A DNA stretch of 29,600 nucleotides from Bugula neritina (taxonomy: Eukaryota > Animalia > Bryozoa), in the NCBI GenBank assembly GCA_964035545.1, contig CAXIUT010000099.1, positions 24,898-54,497 of the forward strand, in the 5' to 3' direction. Positions 22,518-29,600 of the stretch are shown one piece after another. Both the position numbers and the translations under genes were made by a program. The first letter of the stretch is position 1. Every line of letters starts with the position of its first letter. The notes beneath the pieces were generated by a model. It made no database searches. It saw nothing but the letters and a program-made list of their open reading frames with translations, and had not been told where the DNA came from.

Positions 22518-24704
22518 TCCCTTCCCCAGTATTTATCTAATAAGTTCCTACTTTCATTCAAATATGCTTGCAGAAAAGGAATCCCTCTAAGCTCATGCAA
22601 GGCTCAACTCATTTGGAATGATCAAGTAGTCTCATCAATTAGCCCCAGTGACCACAAGATTCACAACTATAAGGTCAGGCTTTACGCTTAAATAGGACCT
22701 AACAAACTCCAATTCTCTGGATCAGGGAAAAGTGATAGCTACGGTCTCATCATCGACAATGTTAAGATGATCAGAACTGGAACCAAAGAAGATATTGTAG
22801 TCAACGGAGACTTCTAAAAGCCAAGAGTTGGAAAAGGATGGAAAATCTTCAATAAAATTCCTGGATGGAAAGGAAAAGGAATTGAGGTTGGATGGGGAAA
22901 AATATACAATAATGGATGGAATAGTCAAGTAGTCGAACTTGATGGAAACAAAAATTATGCCATCACTCAACTTTGGAATTTTGATGATGATTATAAAATT
23001 GTCAGTTCTGGGTCTCTTGATTCTTCCGAACCATCGTCTCAATCACAACCTTAATCGCCTGGAACACTGCCATCACCTGGAAGCCCTCCATCAAACTCAA
23101 TATTGTCTGGCCCTCTTTAGAAAAAATTCAAACTTACTTTCCAATATGCTTGTAGAAGCGGTATTTCTTTAAACATCTGCAAAGGAAAAGTCATCTGGAA
23201 TGATGAAATTATGGATATCAATCCAACTAACAAATTTGTTAAAACCTATTCAGTATGGGTTGATGTCAAACCAGGATAAAATTATCTCCTATTCAGAGGA
23301 GCAAGAGGTTCTAAAATATAAGGTCTCATGATTGGTCATGTTTAGTTAGTCAGAAAAGGAGAAATAGACAATATTGTTAAAAATGGAAATTTCAAAAGGC
23401 CAAATATTGGACAGGGTTAATTAATCTTTGATACAATACCTGGGTGGACCGGAACTAAAGTCGAGCTTACATGGGGAAAACGATACAATAGTAGATGGAA
23501 CGGACAAGTAGTAAAACTCGATGGAAAAAAACAATACTTCATCTCTCAACATTGGAATTTTGATAAAGACTTTAATGAAATCAGTAGCAACCCTCTTAAT
23601 CCTCCTCTTCCATCACCTTCATCACCTTAATCACCTTAGTCACCTTAATCACCTTCATCACCTTAATCACCTTAATTACCTTAATTACCTTCATCACCTT
23701 AATCACCTTAATTACCTTAATTACCTTAATCACCTTAATCACCTTAGTCACCTTCATCGCCTTCATCACCTTAATCACCTTAATCACCTTCATCACCTTA
23801 ATTACCTTAGTCACTTTAGTCACCTTAATCACCTTAATCTCCTTAATCACCTTCATCACCTTCATCACCTTCATCACCTTAGTCACCTTCATCACCTTAG
23901 TCACCTTCATCACCTTAATCTCCTTAATCGCCTTAATCTCCTTCATCACCTTAGTCACCTTCATCACCTTAGTCACCTTCATCACCTTAGTCACCTTCAT
24001 CACCTTCATCACCTTAATCACCTTAATCTCCTTAATCACCTTAATCTCCTTAATCACCTTCATCGCCTTAATCACCTTAATTACCTTAGTCACCTTAATT
24101 ACCTTAATCACCTTAATTACCTTCATCACCTTAATCACCTTAATCTCCTTAGTCACCTTAATCTCCTTAATCTCCTTAGTCACCTTAGTCACCTTAATCT
24201 CCTTAATCACCTTAATCACCTTCCACCCTTTCGAATAAATTCAAACTTACTTTCAAATATGCTTGCAGAATTGCTATTCCTTTTAACTCATGCCAAGGAA
24301 AAGTCACTTGGAATGGTCAAGCTATGTTTATCAATCCAACTAGCCATTAAATTCAAAAATACTAAGCATAAGTTGATGCCAAGTAAGGACAAAATTCTCT
24401 GAAATTCTAAGGAGCTGGACTTAGTGATAGCTGTGGTCTCATTATTGACAATGTTCGGCTGGTCAGATAAGGATGCAACAAAAATATTGTTGTCAACGGA
24501 AACTTTGAGGATCCGTATGTCGGAAGAGATTGGAAACTCTTCAATAACATTCCGGGATGGAGTGGACAAGAAATATAAGTTGGATGGGGACAGATATACA
24601 ATAGCGGATGGGGATAGAGAAATCAAGTAATAGAACTCGATGGAAACCATAATTATGCCATGACTCAACTTTGGAATTTCGATTCCTCTTATCGCCTAAT
24701 ATGA
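22455..24704 (+). CDS. Family A gene A4: secreted, 3 domains, ~205-aa (S/L-P-Q/S)n linker, 749 aa
   Basis: MLKFLFPLLISLFVVSYCQSTS; uninterrupted frame with TAR as sense to TGA 24702-24704. Confidence 0.92.
23610..24221 (+). repeat. Coding 9-bp VNTR encoding an (S/L-P-Q/S)n linker
   Basis: TCACCTTAA/TCACCTTCA/TCACCTTAG/TTACCTTAA units in the A4 frame. Confidence 0.92.
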
Positions 24705-24827
24705 AAGCTTGAATGATATCTAAACTATTTTAAATCTAATATTATCATAAAAACTATCATTTTCCAGGCATAAAAATTGTTTTATTATTCATGATAATAT
24801 TAGTAAAATAGATAATGGATGAATCAA

Positions 24828-24989
24828 TCATGCACATATTCCTTGTTTGTTTATCATACCGTGAGGACATTGCTGGATACAAGCATCAGCTGTCCTCAAT
24901 CCATTGGGACAGCTTGCGATACAGAATGAGTTGTGGAAGAAGTTTCCTTTAGACTCATTGCTCCAATCCTGGCCATAAGAATAGTTCAT
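24828..24989 (-). CDS. Family C small Cys-rich ORF or remnant, 53 aa from ATG (MNYSYGQDWSNESKGNFFHNSFCIASCPNGLRTADACIQQCPHGMINKQGICA)
   Basis: ATG to TGA; frame stays open upstream to at least ~25120; C-terminal 39 aa identical to the 7302 copy despite synonymous changes. Confidence 0.5.
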   Translation of the reverse strand: MNYSYGQDWSNESKGNFFHNSFCIASCPNGLRTADACIQQCPHGMINKQGICA

Positions 24990-25527
24990 ATGTAGTCTAT
25001 CAATATGTTTTATTCTTTGATTTTTACGTGGAGTTTCTCTTGTTGTAAAGTATTTGAAGTAGTAAAAGGGTTTTTGATACGAGAATTGGAGTTGCCTTTT
25101 GTTTCTAGACTATGCCTTGTCATGTTTTTTGTTTTTCTTCAGTTGTGATATATTTTACCATCGATTATTTGTAGTTTATCATGTGAAAATATCATGATGT
25201 CTTGGCTCTCCTTAGGAGTCTAACAAGTTGTAAATTAAACTTGATTCTTTTTATTGAGACAGGTAGTAGTCAATGCGATCATTTTGACTCTGCTATCATG
25301 AATAGATTCTATTGAAGATGATGGAACGTGTCAGCCTTTCAAGGAAATCAAATAATATCAAGTACTTTGAGCTTTATATCTGAGCTTTATTTCATAAAAA
25401 ATCAAATTTTCTATTTCTAAAGTGTTTAGTTTTCTATAGTTTAAATTTACTAGTTAAATGTGGTTTTCTAAAACTCAGCGATTAGAAATTATAAATCGAA
25501 TCGTTATTTAAATAGAACATAATTTAA

Positions 25528-28500
25528 ATGTTAAAGTTTCTCTTCCCTCTTCTTATCAGCTTGTTCGTGGTAAGCTACTGTCAATCCACTTGCTCTCCTT
25601 AATATCTGTCTGATGAGTTCCTGCTTTCATTTGATTATGCATGCAGAAAAGGAATCCCTCTAGACTCATGTAAGACCCAAATACTTTGGAATGGTCAAGT
25701 AGTCTCATCAATTAGCCCTCATGATCATAATATTCACACTTATTATGTCTGGCTTTACGCTGAGATAGGACCAAACAAACTTCAATTCTCTGGATCAGGG
25801 AAAAGTGATAGTTATGGTCTCACTATTGACAACGTTAAAATGATAAGATATGGAACCTAAGAAGATATAATAGTCAACGGAGACTTCTAAAAGCCATGTG
25901 TTGGAAAAAGACAGAAAATCCTCAATAACATTCCTGGATGGAGTGGAAAAGGAATCTAAGTTGGATGGGGAAAACTATACAATAGTGGATGGAATAGTCA
26001 AGTAGTAGAACTTGATGGAAACAAAAATTATGTCCTGACTCAACTTTGGAACTTTGATGATGACTTCAACATCATCAATAGCTGCCTTCTTCATCCTTCA
26101 GTACCATCACCACATCCATAGCCTCTATTGCCTCCATCATCTCCATCATCATCTTTATCATCTCCATCATCTCCATCGCCTTCATCTTCTCTATCGCCTC
26201 CATCATCTTTATCACTTCCATAGCCTCCATCATCTCCATCGCCTTCATCTTCTCTATCGCCTCCATCATCTTCATCACTTCCATAGCCTCCATCATCTCC
26301 ATAGTCTCTATAGCCTCCATCATCTCCATCACTTCCATAGCCTCCATCATCTCCCCCCCTTTAGAAATAATTCAAACTTACTTTGAATTACAATTGCAAA
26401 AGTGGTGTTCTTTATAACTTATGCAAAGGAAAAGTCATTTGGAATGGTAAAACTATGTATATCAACCCGACTAACCACCATATTCAGACCTTCTCAGCAT
26501 GGGTTGACGCAAAGTAAGGACAAAATTATCTTCAATTAAGAGGAGCTAGAGGTAGTGAAAATTAAGGTCTCATTATTGACAATGTTAAGGTGGTCAGAAA
26601 AGGATGTGTTGACAATATTGTTGAGAATGGAAACTTCTAAAAACCAAGTGTTGGACGTAATTGGAAAATCTTTAGTAGCATTCCTGGCTGGAGTGGAACT
26701 GGAGTCGAGATTGGATGGGGAAAAATATACAATGCTAAATGGAATAGTCAAGTAGCCAAACTCGATGGAAAGAAAAAATATGTCCTCACTCAAGTTTGGA
26801 ACTTCGATAAAAACTTCAACCAAATCAAAAGCTCTCTTCATCCTTCACCTTCTCCAATACCTGCCCTATCAACCAGCACTCTTGAGAAAAAGTTTTTACT
26901 GACTTTGAATTACAATTGCAAAAGTGGTGTTCTTTATAACTTATGCAAAGGAAAAGTCATTTGGAATGGTAAAACTATGCATATCAACCCGACTAACCAC
27001 CATATTCAGACCTTCTCAGCATGGGTTGACGCAAAGTAAGGACAAAATTATCTCTAATTAAGAGGAGCTAAAGGTTGCTAGAATGAAGGGCTCGTTATTG
27101 ACAATGTTAAGGTGGTCAGAAAAGGAGATATAGACAATATTGTTGAGAATGGAAACTTCTAAAAACCAAGTGTGGGACGTAATTGGAAAATCTTTAGTAG
27201 CATTCCTGGCTGGAGTGGGAATGGAGTCGAGATTGGATGGGGAAAAATATACAATGCTAAATGGAATAGTCAAGTAGCCAAACTCGATGGAAAGAAAAAA
27301 TATGTCCTCACTCAAGTTTGGAACTTCGATAAAAACTTCAACTAAATCAAAAGCTGCTCTCTTCATCCTTTACCTTCTCCATCTCCATCACCTGCCCTAC
27401 GAACCAGCACTCTTGAGAAAAAGTTTTTACTGACTTTGAATTACAATTGCAAAAGTGGTGTTCTTTATAACTTATGCAAAGGAAAAGTCATTTGGAATGG
27501 TAAAACTATGTATATCAACCCGACTAACCACCATATTCAGACCTTCTCAGCATGGGTTGACGCAAAGTAAGGACAAAATTATCTTCAATTAAGAGGAGCT
27601 AGAGGTAGTGAAAATTAAGGTCTCATTATTGACAATGTCAAGGTGGTCAGAAAAGGATGTGTTGACAATATTGTTGAGAATGGAAACTTCTAAAAACCAA
27701 GTGTTGGACGTAATTGGAAAATCTTTAGTAGCATTCCTGGCTGGAGTGGAACTGGAGTCGAGATTGGATGGGGAAAAATATACAATGCTAAATGGAATAG
27801 TCAAGTAGCCAAACTCGATGGAAAGAAAAAATATGTCCTCACTCAAGTTTGGAACTTCGATAAAAACTTCAACTAAATCAAAAGCTGCTCTCTTCATCCT
27901 TCACCTTCTCCATTACCTGCCCTATCAACCAGCACTCTTGAGAAAAAGTTTTTACTGACTTTGAATTACAATTGCAAAAGTGGTGTTCTTTATAACTTAT
28001 GCAAAGGAAAAGTCATTTGGAATGGTAAAACTATGCATATCAACCCGACTAACCACCATATTCAGACCTTCTCAGCATGGGTTGACGCAAAGTAAGGACA
28101 AAATTATCTCTAATTAAGAGGAGCTAAAGGTTGCTAGAATGAAGGGCTCGTTATTGACAATGTTAAGGTGGTCAGAAAAGGAGATATAGACAATATTGTT
28201 GAGAATGGAAACTTCTAAAAACCAAGTGTGGGACGTAATTGGAAAATCTTTAGTAGCATTCCTGGCTGGAGTGGAACTGGAGTCGAGATTGGATGGGGAA
28301 AAATATACAATGCTAAATGGAATAGTCAAGTAGCCAAACTCGATGGAAAGAAAAAATATGTCCTCACTCAAGTTTGGAACTTCGATAAAAACTTCAACTA
28401 AATCAAAAGCTGCTCTCTTCATCCTTTACCTTCTCCATCTCCATCACCTGCCCTACCAACCAGCACTCTTGAGAAAAAGTTTTTACTGACTTTGAATTAC

Positions 28501-29475
28501 AATTGCAAAAGTGGTGTTCTTTATAACTTATGCAAAGGAAAAGTCATTTGGAATGGTAAAACTATGCATATCAACCCGACTAACCACCATATTCAGACCT
28601 TCTCAGCATGGGTTGACGCAAAGTAAGGACAAAATTATCTCTAATTAAGAGGAGCTAAAGGTTGCTAGAATGAAGGGCTCGTTATTGACAATGTTAAGGT
28701 GGTCAGAAAAGGAGATATAGACAATATTGTTGAGAATGGAAACTTCTAAAAACCAAGTGTGGGACGTAATTGGAAAATCTTTAGTAGCATTCCTGGCTGG
28801 AGTGGAACTGGAGTCGAGATTGGATGGGGAAAAATATACAATGCTAAATGGAATAGTCAAGTAGCCAAACTCGATGGAAAGAAAAAATATGTCCTCACTC
28901 AAGTTTGGAACTTCGATAAAAACTTCAACTAAATCAAAAGCTGCTCTCTTCATCCTTCACCTTCTCCATTACCTGCCCTACCAACCAGCACTCTTGAGAA
29001 AAAGTTTTTACTGACTTTGAATTACAATTGCAAAAGTGGTGTTCTTTATAACTTATGCAAAGGAAAAGTCATTTGGAATGGTAAAACTATGCATATCAAC
29101 CCGACTAACCACCATATTCAGACCTTCTCAGCATGGGTTGACGCAAAGTAAGGACAAAATTATCTCTAATTAAGAGGAGCTAAAGGTTGCTAGAATGAAG
29201 GGCTCGTTATTGACAATGTTAAGGTGGTCAGAAAAGGAGATATAGACAATATTGTTGAGAATGGAAACTTCTAAAAACCAAGTGTGGGACGTAATTGGAA
29301 AATCTTTAGTAGCATTCCTGGCTGGAGTGGAACTGGAGTCGAGATTGGATGGGGAAAAATATACAATGCTAAATGGAATAGTCAAGTAGCCAAACTCGAT
29401 GGAAAGAAAAATCAATCAATCAAACAAAGCTGGAAATTCAATTACTCTTACCACCTTTTATAAAAACTTCAATGA
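25528..29475 (+). CDS. Family A gene A5: secreted, 7 domains, Pro/Ser-rich linker, 1315 aa
   Basis: MLKFLFPLLISLFVVSYCQSTC; uninterrupted frame with TAR as sense to TGA 29473-29475. Confidence 0.92.
26359..29460 (+). repeat. Six tandem 522-531-bp domain repeats with two interleaved variants (a b a b b b)
   Basis: Variant a (ARGSENQGLII...KGCVDN) in units 1 and 3; variant b (AKGCQNEGLVI...KGDIDN) in units 2, 4, 5, 6. Confidence 0.92.
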
Positions 29476-29531
29476 TTGTCCAATAATATTTTAAATTAAT
29501 ATTGTTTTATTCTTCATGATAATATTAGTAA

Positions 29532-29600
29532 GGGGTTGGGGTTGGGGTTGGGGTTGGGGTTGGGGTTGGGGTTGGGGTTGGGGTTGGGGTTGGGGTTGGG
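29532..29600. repeat. Right telomere, (GGGGTT)n
   Basis: Perfect G4T2 repeats to the end of the window. Confidence 0.98.

Noticed and set aside
2364-29475. Pseudogene cluster riddled with stop codons
   Set aside because: Interruptions are TAA/TAG at columns where paralogues have sense codons; frames run kilobases to a TGA, indicating code reassignment.
1-29600. tRNA, rRNA, transposase or reverse transcriptase genes
   Set aside because: No recognisable motifs seen by eye; not excluded without covariance-model or HMM searches.

Overview
This is not prokaryotic DNA. The window is a telomere-to-telomere, AT-rich ciliate macronuclear chromosome, with (CCCCAA)n at 1-75 and (GGGGTT)n at 29532-29600. 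TAA and TAG are sense codons (most likely Gln, code 6) and TGA is the stop, so the supplied standard-code ORF track is mostly fragments or shadow frames. Re-read with TAR as sense, it holds three gene families. Family A: five signal-peptide genes plus one 5'-truncated fragment, built from 27 copies of a ~160-aa Trp/Gly-rich beta-sandwich that looks like a circularly permuted DUF642/galactose-binding-like domain, joined by variable Pro/Ser linkers. Family B: two type-I membrane protein genes, each with a 20-nt intron, an H-type-lectin-like N-terminus, a divergent middle block, furin-like Cys-rich repeats (1 vs 10 units) and a TM helix. Family C: three small minus-strand Cys-rich ORFs/fragments convergent with family A 3' ends. 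Two internal (CCCCAA)n tracts replace, rather than insert into, sequence present in paralogues, one exactly length-neutral and in frame. They most likely mark alternative chromosome fragmentation/telomere-addition sites, possibly overwritten into the assembly consensus. All domain assignments are by eye; no searches were run.
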